A stretch of 37,840 bases of DNA from Catajapyx aquilonaris (lineage: Eukaryota). Below, piece after piece: positions 1-10,800 of the stretch (the stretch's first letter is position 1; each line of letters begins with the position of its first letter). The DNA lies in contig KZ538978.1 of the NCBI GenBank assembly GCA_000934665.2, positions 1 through 37,840 on the forward strand, in the 5' to 3' direction. The notes beneath the pieces were generated by a model, which was given only the letters and a program-made list of their open reading frames with translations, was not told the DNA's origin and did no database searches. A program made the translations under genes and the position numbers.

Positions 1-1022
1 AGTAACTGAGCAGCGACATTCATTGTTTACAATGGACCTCTTGGGGGTACAAAATAGGATAATAATATTGTCTTCAAAAGGCAAGAGGACGTGTCAGGCA
101 GGGTGGGTTAATTGTCAACAGCATAACTGAGCAGTGACAGTCCTTGTTTACAATGGACTTCTTGGGGTACGATATGGGATAATATTTTCTTCAAAAGGCA
201 AGAGGACGTGTCAGGCAGGGTGGCTGGTTTGTCAACAGCATACCTGAGCAGTGACAGTCATTGTTTACAACTGACCTGTTGGGCTATGATATTGGGCCAT
301 ATTGTCTTGAAAAGGCAAGATGCCTTCTCAGCCTGGGTGGTTTGATTGTCAACAGCGTAACTGAGCAGTGACAGTACTTGTTTACAATTGACCTCTTGGA
401 GTACGATACGGGGCCATATTGTCTTCAAATGGCAAGAGGCCCTCTCAGGCAGGGTGGTTTGATTGTCAACAGCGGAACTAAGCTGTGACTGTCCGTCCTT
501 GTTTACAATTTACCTCTTGGAGTACGGTATAGGGGTATATTGTCTTCAAAAGGCAGGGTGGTTTGATTGTCAACAGCGTAACCGAGCAGGGACAGTCCTT
601 GTTTACATTGAACTGTTGGAGTACGATATGGGGCAATATTGTCTTCAAAAGGCAAGGAGCCTTGTCAGACGGGGTAGTGTTTCGATTATCAACAGAGTAA
701 CTGAGCAGTGATATTCATGGTTTACAATGGACTTCTTGGGGTACGGTATAGGGCCATGATAGTGTCTTCAAAATGCAATAGGCCCTTTCAGGCAGGGTTG
801 GTTGAGTCCTCGTTTACGTTTTACCTGTTGGGTTACGATATGGGGCCTTATTGCCTTCAAAAGGCAAGATGCCTTCTCAGGCAGGGTGGTTTGATTGTCA
901 ACAGCGTAACCGAGCAGTGACTGTCCTTGTTTGCAATTGACCTCTTGGAGTACGGTATGGGGCCATATTCTTCAAAAGGCAAGAGACCCTGTCAGGCAGG
1001 GTTGTTTGATTATCAACAGAGA
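1..1022. repeat. Tandem satellite array, ~117-121-bp unit, about 9 diverged copies, running off the left edge
   Basis: The unit TAACTGAGCAGTGACAG..TTGTTTACAAT..CTCTTGG..TACGATATGGG..ATATTGTCTTCAAAAGGCAAG..CAGGCAGGGTGG..GATTGTCAACAG recurs. The TGTTTAC anchor falls at about 24, 145, 262, 379, 500, 600, 719, 811 and 928. Two units are shortened (about 100 and 92 bp). Confidence 0.95.
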
Positions 1023-1155
1023 GACAGCTGATGGCTATCAATCAGCAAAGACGTGCCTGGTTTGGGCTCCCGACATACGTGCGATTTATACGTATCTGCC
1101 AAGGTCTGCCCGGATACACATTAATTGCGCCTTGACTTGCGCCATCCGATCAGCA

Positions 1156-1916
1156 ATGTACACAGTGACTCTGCCGGCGATCCATGCCTTGATGGATACC
1201 TTCAAGGCGGATTTTCTGACCAAAGTGGACTCGGTCTTGCTGAGTCTCCGTGCCACAAAGGAGGAGTCACATCGCCAAGTGCTGGAGCAGTTGGAGGCCC
1301 AAAGTGATTTGACAAGAACTTTACGAGCAGAGAACGATGACCTGTGGGAGGAGAACCTTCTTCTCAATGAAAGGATGGAAGCTCTCGAAAATCAGTCTCG
1401 GAGGATCAGTGTTATCCTGTACGGTGTGGACGAGCACGAGGGTGAAACCTGGTCCGACGCCGAAGCTCATCTTTTCAAAGTAATCACCGAATTCCGGCTC
1501 CACAATGCGCCCAGTCAAATCGAGCTGCAGCGTGTGCTTCGCCTCGGATTTCGCCAACAAGGTCGGAGTCGCCCCATACTAGCAGCGTGTTTGCGTTACA
1601 AGACAAGGACGAGATCATTGCCCATGTGAAGAACTTACGGAACTCCATACTGAGTCTGTCCAAGAACTATTCAGCAGCAACACGTGCACGGAGGAGGGAG
1701 CTGATACCATTCATGAAGGAAGCAAAGTCCAAGGGCAACAAGGCAAGGTTACGGCTGGACAAACTCATTGTCAACGGGATCCAATTCGAACTGACAGAAG
1801 ATGGGAGGGATATTCAAAGGCCCACTCGCTCTGACGGCAGGCGCTATGATGACCGCAACCGAGGCTACCCTGCGGACAAGTTCTCTGGCAAACGACCTAT
1901 GCTTTCAACCGACTGA
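1156..1916 (+). pseudogene. Frameshifted non-LTR retrotransposon ORF1p-like frame (coiled coil + L1-type RRM + C-terminal domain; Transposase_22-like)
   Basis: ORF 931..1629 from ATG 1156 gives a heptad-rich helix (LTRTLRAENDDLWEENLLLNERMEALE), then NQSRRISVILYGVDEHEGE and RVLRLG...RPIL. The match continues in ORF 1587..1916 as KDEII...SLSKNYSAATRARRRELIPFMKEAKSKGNKARLRLDKLIVNG. I recognise these motifs from L1/CR1/L2-type ORF1 proteins. A 1-bp shift near 1599-1601 joins the two frames. Confidence 0.8.
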
Positions 1917-1994
1917 TGTACCTATACTACTGCGAAGAAGCCAAACACAACCAATACCAGCCCTCAACAACAAGAGGTTGATGACGTCTCTTTT

Positions 1995-2230
1995 GGACGT
2001 TTTAAGCCGTCCATTCTGCAGAATGGATGGTTTAAAATGTCCAGACTGCAGAATGCTGCATGTCAAACCTTCCATTCTGCAGAATGGACGGTTTGAAATG
2101 GAGCCTTCTGTAGAATGGACGGTTTGACATGGAGCCTTCTGTAGAATGAACGGTTTGACATTCTGCAGAATGCTCCATCCATTCTGCGGAATGGATGGTT
2201 TGGCATAGAGTATTCTGAAGTATGGACGTT
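1995..2230. repeat. Palindromic minisatellite built on the core CCATTCTGCAGAATGG (~31-bp units in direct and inverted orientation)
   Basis: Perfect 16-bp palindrome at 2011-2026 and 2072-2087, degenerate copy near 2179-2194. Direct units GGAGCCTTCTGTAGAATG(G/A)ACGGTTTGACAT at 2100-2130 and 2131-2161. Confidence 0.85.
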
Positions 2231-2489
2231 TTTTTTCGCCAAATGGCAGGTTTCGGGGTTTGAGCCTAACATAGGCCTATATTAATAATTTATATTAATG
2301 CATTTTTTGCGGACTTTCGACTTGAGGCGATCACAAAGGTCGGGGGTAGGGGCTGGGGGAATTGTAGGGACTGTGGTCATTAATTTGGAGAGGGGGAAAA
2401 ATGTTCGCGGTCAAGGAAGGACTATATGGATGGAGTGCAATAATTGGGGACACCAAATTGGTGTGGCAGAGGTTGTGAGGAGGGGGGCA

Positions 2490-2603
2490 GAACACCAAAC
2501 TCTTCAGGTACCCCCACAAGAAGAAGTCGGGGGTGGTCAAATCCGGTGACCACGACGGCCAAGGAATGCCCCCAAATCTCGAAATGACCCGTCCGGGAAA
2601 CAC
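2490..2603 (-). mobile_element. Tc1/mariner-superfamily transposase fragment (third catalytic-residue region), inverted relative to the rest of the element
   Basis: Minus strand reads FPGRVISRFGGIPWPSWSPDLTTPDFFLWGYLKSLVF, the WPxxSPDLxxxDFFLWGYLK motif of Tc1/mariner-type transposases. Confidence 0.9.
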
Positions 2604-2622
2604 TTGACTTTTAATTTGTTTT

Positions 2623-2922
2623 GTGTTCGCCGCACGTCCTCAGTCATTGGCTGATCTTAAGGATCAGATGAGACACGCCGTGAGAAATATTCCCCTGGAC
2701 ATGCTGGAGCGCGCTATGAAGGGTTTCGTCTGGCGCTTGGAGGAATGTGTTGCTCGCAAAGGTGGACATCTATCCGGTGTTGTTTTCAAGAAGTGACATT
2801 TTTGGATCTTGTCCATAAATGGCATATCTTTCTCTGTGTAGTGTAATTTTTTATAAATATAATCGTTCGTTACTTACGCCATGCGTCGTTTTTATCCGCC
2901 CATGATTTTGCCCCACCCTGTA
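2623..2922 (+). mobile_element. 3' end of a Tc1/mariner element: transposase C-terminus, 3' UTR, right TIR and TA target
   Basis: 2623-2796 translates VFAARPQSLADLKDQMRHAVRNIPLDMLERAMKGFVWRLEECVARKGGHLSGVVFKK*, with the typical RL..C....GGH ending. The element ends ...CCCCACCCTG (2920) followed by TA, i.e. a CAGGGTG-type TIR. This frame is absent from the ORF track. Confidence 0.9.
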
Positions 2923-3071
2923 CTTTAAGTCTCTAAAATTATTCTAGCTTTTTATTTTATGTAACATTATCCTCCATACTCCCGAAAAAGTAACCATTTT
3001 GTGCCTGTTTGATGTTTTTTCGTGCCTATTTTGGGGTTTTTTCGTGCCTTAAAATCCAGACTCTATATAGT

Positions 3072-3253
3072 CATCACAAACTCTATCTGAAGGTTGGGGC
3101 ACTCATCACGCTCCTTCGAAATCTGGATTCCCCAAATTTATACAATGGCACGCGGCTCCATAATTATTGCAAAGGTAACTACCAAATCAATGAGTTACCC
3201 TACTCCTATGGAAAAGTATTTCATAACCCGAGCAACGACGGGCATCCTGCTAG
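3072..3253 (+). mobile_element. Helitron remnant: Pif1-family helicase fragment plus canonical 3' terminus
   Basis: 3072-3160 encodes HHKLYLKVGALITLLRNLDSPNLYNGTRL, matching the Helitron helicase motif HxLxLKVGxxIxLLRNLxxxxLxNGTRL. Hairpin CCCG-AGCAACGA-CGGG at 3227-3242 is followed by CTAG (3250-3253) and T. Confidence 0.85.
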
Positions 3254-4452
3254 TTTTCACAATAAAATGCCAACAAAGTTGCCCGTGACGATTTGGCGTG
3301 AAAAGTTATTGTTTCCAAACGGTTCTTGCCGGTGTTTACATCTGGAGCGAAAATCAGGTGCCTTTTTCACAATAAATGGCCAACATAATTATAACCTTGA
3401 ACAATTCCCGCAGAGTTACTTTTGGGATGTCATTAAAAATAGCTAGGATATCTCACTTTCCTCTGATCCCACTGTCCTTCATGAATATCTACCAACACCA
3501 CAGAAGTTGGGACTATTTCAGAAGAAATTAGGCTATTTTAAACTGTATCCTTAGGCTACCTCAATGCCACAGCCAATCATACACCAGGAGTGATATGGTC
3601 TTCCGCTTTTATCTCAAAATCATTTCCGTGTGACTCTTATTCCTACACTGTAGCTCTTCATGCTGATGACATTTTAACTGTCATGCATTTAAAAAATAAC
3701 GTAGACTCGTAGAGCAATATAATCAACGTAGAGGGCGAATCTGTGCATATCCACACGGTAGATGGCAACCCAATGAACAGGATCATTCTGGAAACTCTTT
3801 AGAAGAGCGATCTGAGCGCTCAAGCAGCCAGCACTGATACTACATGCCACGCAGTATACAAACAAGTCCACTCAAAATACTTCGCGGGGATCATTCCAAC
3901 TCATCTCATGTGCACTCACAGTCAGTAGTACATTCAGGGGGGTCGCAATACCACCACCCTCTTTCCTCTGACCCATACGCCTAAGAGGAGAGAAAAATAT
4001 GCGAAGAAAAGGGGTTAAAGAGGAGAGAACGTAGGATTTTATGTCAATAAAAAAATAACAGTAGCCTACATACACTTTTGGTGCCGCAACGTTACACAGC
4101 GGCGGATTCACTGAACTCTGAACATACTTATCCTATTTTTGTCACATGCTAATATTGGGACTAGCAGTTATAATAATATTGTCCTCAATAAGGGGAACAC
4201 TAGAAAGTAATACATTACTATGATATATTTCTCGCTATGACTAAATGCACTACAGTACTTCTAGGTTGGTTTTCAAAACATATTGGAGGTATAGTTTAAA
4301 TCCTTCGATTATTGTTGTTGTGTGCGACTAACACACAAAAACAATAATTATACTATACCAATAATAATCAGTGCTTCTTTATTGCACAAAAATATACTGA
4401 AACGGCCAAAAACTATGCAGGCCAGGAGGTAAGGAGCCATGCGAAATACTAT

Positions 4453-4589
4453 CTGCATCATGTCGACCCTACCCTGTTTCTCCCTTCATTGGGCTTTATT
4501 AGGTGACTAGAGTGGGTAATAATAATGGTTGGCCTTCACGTGCCTAGCTCCCCTCAATGGGAGAAAGAGGCGGGTTCGATATGATACAG
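4453..4589. mobile_element. Degenerate fold-back (MITE-like) element
   Basis: Imperfect inverted arms CTGCATCATGTCGACCCTACC..TTTCTCCC and GGGAGAAA..GGCGGGTTCGATATGATACAG. Confidence 0.45.
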
Positions 4590-5321
4590 CGCAACTTAGA
4601 TTAGAATTGACTTCCATTCATGTTTAATAATTCCCTTGTGCCACTCCGCATTAGGCAAGACTAGTTCGCAATCTAAAACCATCAAAAAGCCAGCCAGTGC
4701 GCCATACTGCAGAAACATGACTGATCATGTACATGTCACGATCTGATTGAACCCAGATGGGCTTCTTCTACATGTAACCCTTGTCATATTACCAAATATC
4801 CGAATTCCCTTCACCATTTAGTGACTTCATTGTTCTTTGGGACTCTCTCGGGTGCTGACTGGTGGAAATGTGGGTTGTCGGAATCTGGGTGTAAGCTGGG
4901 GACCATGGCCAGTCCACAGAGTGAAATTAACGATAGCGCAACAGTAGTTTGCGGCTGCCCATTGTGTATATGGTACACTCACGGGCATGGATACATTGCA
5001 TTTTGCGCGTTACCAAGGAATAAGTTTGAAGAAGGGTGACGAAATAGAGTGTTGGCTGACAACAATTTTGCCCTTATAATCGAGATTTGCACTTATGAAA
5101 TTGAATAAAAATGGATTCAGATGGATTTAAGTTAGGGTGGATAGCCACTGATTATGTTGTAACTGATGTAGGCTATACCATACAGGGTATAGTATCGTGT
5201 GTTCAACCAACTGTCTCCAGAGCACCACGCAAGTTAGTGTAAGAACACGCGATACAAATGCAGGCTTCAATGGAAAAGTATTGTTATAGTAATTGCACTA
5301 TAAATAAGGCAGGGTTTCTGC

Positions 5322-5396
<75 letters not shown>
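5322..5396. repeat. (AAT)n microsatellite, ~25 units
   Basis: Uninterrupted TAA/AAT run. Confidence 0.98.
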
Positions 5397-5398
<2 letters not shown>

Positions 5399-5569
5399 GT
5401 TAGCAGTTGACTTATTATTGTAAAGAAAAGTGAAATGGCCACTTTAGAGATTACCTTGGGAATGTCACCAAATTACTTTAGGTATAACAACCCAGGTCGT
5501 CAGACCTATTAGTCACCTTTGTGACGTAGAACCTTATAACTTTTCTTGTCAATTCCCTGTAACAATAAA

Positions 5570-5735
5570 GGGTTGAGGCTGTCATTTAGGAGGTCCAAGC
5601 TTCGAAACCAGGTTCAGACCATCTTGATTCGGGGCTTCCCGCATGGGTTTCCCCAGGCCATTTCCAGGCTAAATCTGTAATGGTTTCCGTTGAGAATGGC
5701 CATGGCAGCTTCCTTCTTTCCCTTCATTCTTCTCC
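5570..5735 (+). mobile_element. Old, diverged tRNA-SINE copy related to the family below
   Basis: GGAGGTCC..TTCGAAACC (B-box remnant), GGTTTCCCCAGG, TTTCCAGGCTAAAT and GGCCATGGCAGCTTCCTTC are collinear with the copies at 21139, 31707 and 36432. Confidence 0.6.
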
Positions 5736-6169
5736 TTTACAGTGTCGTACGAAATTTTCTAAATTCCTTCCCTGCTTCCTAATTGATTGGTCATGATTAC
5801 TATAGTACTATAACGAAAGGCTCCTAGTACCTATACCGCCTGTTCTCTGTGAACCAACTACCAACCAGCCTTGTTAAATTAAGGGCTCTAAAGTTTCGAT
5901 TTACCATTACTCTTGTTTGATATTGCTTTTGATTGTTAATTTGGCAAACATCATGTAAAAATGACAAGATTTACCTTTAAAGATATCATCAAGCAATTTG
6001 ACGGCATTTAACACTTTTAGGCCTATACACTTGTAACGCGTCGTTGAGTTTTAATGTAAAAATTTAAATAATATAATAATATAGATTAGCATTATTTCAC
6101 TGCAGAGTTGCGAATACAATGGAAAAAATTTATACCCCTGAAACTAAGAAATTGTACTTTTGAAATGTA

Positions 6170-6309
6170 CAGTCTGTCTCAATAAGTTTTGGCAACTTTA
6201 TCCTGGCCTTGAAGCAACCCTTCACACACACACCTGCTCACCGTGGGGCCCGTGCGAAGGGTTGCTTCAAGACCAGGATAAAGTGGCCAAAACGTATTGA
6301 GACAGACTG
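6170..6309. mobile_element. 140-bp hairpin MITE (Tc1/mariner/pogo type) with TA target duplication
   Basis: 58-bp inverted arms at 6170-6227 and 6252-6309 with 4 mismatches, starting CAGTCTGTCTCAATA. TA flanks at 6168-6169 and 6310-6311. Confidence 0.9.
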
Positions 6310-7676
6310 TAGGCCTACTCTACAAGATCAGATATCCACACTTGACAAAATCGCTAGGGAAAATTGCAAGTTTTCTCCCTTTCCACTCGATACCAATTCC
6401 AATACAACCGAGGCGGCAAAACCTGTGAGGACCATTTCCTGTATAAAGTATGAACCACGGTGATGGCATGAACCATGATTTAGATGCGCCAATTTTGAGC
6501 TTGAGTAACTGACCTGCTTTAAAGCATAAATGGGCATCATTACTGAATGTCCCAAGCAAATCAAATGGAACATCTCTGAGCATCTATTGGTCAAGACCTT
6601 GTACCGAATGACCTTTTATATTATGTTTCCACCTTCATAAAAATTTTGACAGACGCGAGCCTTTAGGGAGTGACTAAGAGGACAAGGGATAGGTTTGGCG
6701 GCGAGAACGATCGACAAAGTCTAGTACCAGACTATACCGTATGGGCCAAAAATACTTTTGCCGATGTATGGTTAACTGAAAATGAGTGATGTCATATTCA
6801 GATACAGACTTATCCACTTTGAACTTTCTTTTACAAGAAAAGGCTCTAACAGTACTTTCAGGACTAGTTAATATTTATTTTGCTTACTCCAAGCACTAAA
6901 GATACACAAGACGATACTTGAGTTCCGCATAAAATAGGAGAAAACTAAAGGCTGAATAAAAAATTGTACCTGAGACCATGCGTGTCAAATCCTGCCTTGT
7001 TACTAACTTGATGTCAGGGTTCAATGTCGCAAATTAGATTTCGTATCTGACCTATAGATTCATATGCATATGGGGGGTAATCTTTTCCATCATGTGACAA
7101 TAAAAACTATACGACCCACCATCCCTCATGCCACCCCTATGTTTCTAGTATCTACTACTCTTCAACAATTCTACCGCACAGTGCATTGTTCTCAATGGAA
7201 TAGGCAACTTTCGATTTCCGAACGTGCATACGACTCACTCGCATTTCGGTGCCTGTTTTGGCTCCTTCGTTGACGTTCTAAAATAACGAACAGCCAGGTT
7301 TGAAATTTTTACTCTCCCAATATGCAAGCGAGCAGTACGATTTAATTGTGCTGTGACATTACCTCATTTACCAGTGTCACTCAATTTAAACATTTAAACA
7401 AAATCCCTGAGGATCGATCAACCGAACAATACTCGCATTTGACTGACAGGTGAGTTGGTGTGGAATGACCGTCGCAGCATCGTTGTGCACGGCCCTTCAA
7501 AATGATACAGTACATCGGACAACGTGAGGGTCGCTCTCATTAATTAAAGAGAGCGTGAATGCCCGACCGCGAATCTCGTCGAACTTCCGGATTTTTTTTT
7601 AAAGGAAGAAACTTCGTCTTTAAAACTTCCTCATTGCTAATTGCTACCTAATCCTCTCTCTTATATCCGACACACG

Positions 7677-7806
7677 TACAGTCGCCAGCACAATTTCCAG
7701 ACTCGAATCGGGTTTATCCTGAAGGGTAGGACACCCTCTCGTGGTGTAGTGTGGGTGGCCTACCATTCAGGATGAACCTGCAGATTTGAAAATTGTGCTG
7801 GCTGGA
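7677..7806. mobile_element. Hairpin MITE, diverged
   Basis: Starts TA-CAGTC. Paired arms GCCAGCACAATTT/AAATTGTGCTGGC and GGTTTATCCTGAAGGGTAGG/CCTACCATTCAGGATGAACC. Confidence 0.7.
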
Positions 7807-10800
7807 CACAGCGAAATGTCCTCTCAAATTTTAATGTACGAGGCAAGTATCAGATACTTCTCACATTTTATTTAATACGGGCAGAGTGCGCTGGCAAATA
7901 AAACGCATTGCGCCTCCCAAATGCTGCAGAGTTACTGGCTATAAACCTATAACAGTTCAATTCACCCGTGACAATCCCCCACCCGCCCAGCCTCTATCCG
8001 CGTGACATGATCTAGCTGTAATTTGCATGTGACGCAAGGCCCCGCAACAGAACGGACGTGATTAAACCCGGTAAATGTATGACAGCCGCCGACTCTATCT
8101 ACACCTGTTCCCGCACCAAAAAACTGCCCGCAAAAAGGGGTTTTTAATGCTCACCTGGTGTGTCGAATTGGAATCAAGATATGCTAATTAGGTATGGAGG
8201 GTAACCCTTTTTTTTCTAGGAGACTTTGATTCAGTAGCGGTTAGCAATGTGTGTTGATTATAGGTGAGGAGGAGGGGTATGGTGGGGGTGCCGGCGTAAA
8301 GGGTGTTCTTGCTCATTACATCCAATCGCTGCGAAACAGTCGTTCATGGGAGCAGAAAAATCGGTTTTGCGAGTGGGTCCGCCGGTTCATAAACTCCGGA
8401 GAGCGTGAAAAAATGGCTCGCGGTTACTCGTCTGGATGTAATTTATTGTCCTCAACACTCGCCGTATAGGTTTTTGCGGTCGGAGCTTGGGTTGAAAGTA
8501 TGCTTCCACACCCCCTCCCCACGAGTGGCTAAAAAAAAAGTGTCGACCACCTCTGCCAACTAATATTGTAATCGGTGTTGGTACACAACCTAGTGTGTTT
8601 ATCATTTGATGGCTTCCAGCACCTAGGGACCACTCTCATTGCCAGCCGAACTTCAATCGGACCGACCCATCTCGCACATTATAACCTGGAGTGTCCATCT
8701 GCCAATTGGAACACTAGGGATATTTAACCACAGGGCTTGTTAGCTAGTTTCATTTGATTAAGTCTGTTGCTTGAACAAAGGCGGGTTAAAATAATAGGCT
8801 AATGGAAAATGTGTCGTTAAGTCCTGCAGATATTTTCCACCGGATCTAATCTTAACTATCGAGTCGTTTCCGGAAGAGAGTTAATTGTGTCCTTATCTTG
8901 TTGCTTGTGCATGCCCATCTTTTGCCTTAGGCTGGACCAGTGGGGTCATGGGTGGAAAATTTGCCCGGAGACACGTCCCTCAGTCGCCCCGGATTTCCAG
9001 TGCGTGTCAGGCCCGAACCGGGAGGGTCACGTACTGTTCGACACGGTCACCGGACGTGCACATCATTTTCATGCCCACCTTTCCCAACATATGTACAAAA
9101 GACTGGGGAGAAAATCGCTGACAAAGGCGCTAGGTTTAAACAGTATGCAGAAAACCATTCTGGTTATCCTGGGTCCCCAGCTTTTTTCCCCCCCCCCACC
9201 CTCCGGAAATAATGGTGGAGAGTTAGTACTGGGAGGGAGATAGTTGGAAGGGAGGAGGGGGAAGGTGGGTGCGAATTCCGGAAGGAGTTGGCAATAAGCC
9301 ACCTCGCAGAAGCAGAATCACGTCCTCGTTCATCGATTACCATCAGTTGTTTTTGCTGGGAAAGCCAGAGCCCATTGAGACGAGCGCCATTAGCATATTG
9401 ATCGAGCTTCTGGGGGAAGGTTTAGCCCAAAGGGGGTGGTGGGTATATGCCAAGAGGGTGTTATATATACAATATATCAAATGTCTAAACCTTTTTAAAA
9501 AATAGGATGCAAAATGTAGGGACAACGAGTAAGGTTTGGAGGATATTGAATGTGGCGCGCAATTGGAATCGAGCGAGTGAGTGGTGGCGAGGGTAGGTGA
9601 CTTGGGATGCTGGTGAATGCGCCTCCTAATGGCTTGTAACGGGGCGGAATAAACAAGTGCTCCTGTGGGGGCGACACCAAAAAATGTTTATCAGTCCGTT
9701 TCAGGTCGCACTTTAGGGTTAGGCAAAACGGCCGGAATACAGACACGCTCGATATACAGTTGACCCCTGACGGAGGCCACATTTATTAGCCACCCAACGC
9801 GTGATTTACATACCTACTACCGGCAACGCTAATAACAAGCAAGCATGCAAATATGTAGGTTAATTCCAGCTCATTTCTGATATATTAGCTGGAGTTAAAA
9901 CATTCTGGTGCCGGAAAAAGGTAGGGTGTAAAATGGAGCAATTCGGAACCCCCAGGACATATCTGGAAGAGTGGTGGAGGCAGGAAGAGATTTTTTCCGG
10001 ATTTGGCTTGGTGACAAGGCATCCGGGTGGGAATCGCGCACTAATCCGGGCCAGGAATCCGCATTAACGCACATTCGGGGGACACAAAAGCCTTCTGTCG
10101 CCGGCCTTTTATAACCTTGTCCTCGCGTCCAAATGGCTGTTATGGAAACGTACGGCGACTGTGTGCAGACCCTGGCCCCTACCCACCCCCTCTAGCTACT
10201 CCACATGCTGTGTATGTACAATGTGTTTGTAATGTTGGACCCATTCAATCCCATCCACCTAAAAATGACAAAAAAAAGGTGTATGAATTAACGGGGACTG
10301 GAAATCCGCGTTGACAACAGCTGTCGCTCTGTTCCGCTGTCCAATGGGATCGCCCCCACAACAATGCTTGACATGACAGTCAACAATATGGCTGACTACT
10401 ACACGCGATGTTCAGTTTATTATGAAAAGCCGGAAGACAGATGAGCATAATAGCAGTAATGGCGTTTATTATCACGCCTTTCACCTGTCATGGAGCATCA
10501 CACGTTCAAACTGGCGCGCCCACCACCTCCTTAATGGATAATACCGGCCAAGAATCAGGATTTATTACACCCCTGAAGCGATGAGTTGGGAACAAGGAAG
10601 ACCCTCTATTGTCGATATTTCATTATCGTGCCAGTCGACCTGACACCCCGACCAGAGACACACCATCTTAATTTTTACTCTCTCAGACCTTATCTTAAAA
10701 TATTCACTCAAACATCATTCTAAAGTCAAAGCAATTCAGTGCCCATCAATATTTAAAATGTTAAATATCAGAGGGTCCAAAGGTTGCAATCTTGCTGTGG

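Noticed and set aside
463..1155. ORFs 463..711, 708..920 and the N-terminal part of 931..1629
   Set aside because: They are translations of the satellite units and of the leader upstream of the likely ATG at 1156.
3690..3900. Ancient RTE-like ORF2 C-terminal remnant
   Set aside because: A resemblance appears only after several assumed frameshifts; not supportable without a profile search.
7405..7432. Hammerhead ribozyme core (CTGAGGA...CCGAAC)
   Set aside because: It has GAAC instead of GAAA and no convincing stems I and III.
8316..8441. Inverted ATTACATCCA / TGGATGTAAT pair
   Set aside because: A 10-bp match without extension is within chance expectation for a window this size.
9861..9897. 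Hairpin TAATTCCAGCT...AGCTGGAGTTA as a pre-miRNA
   Set aside because: An 11-bp stem is too short for a precursor.
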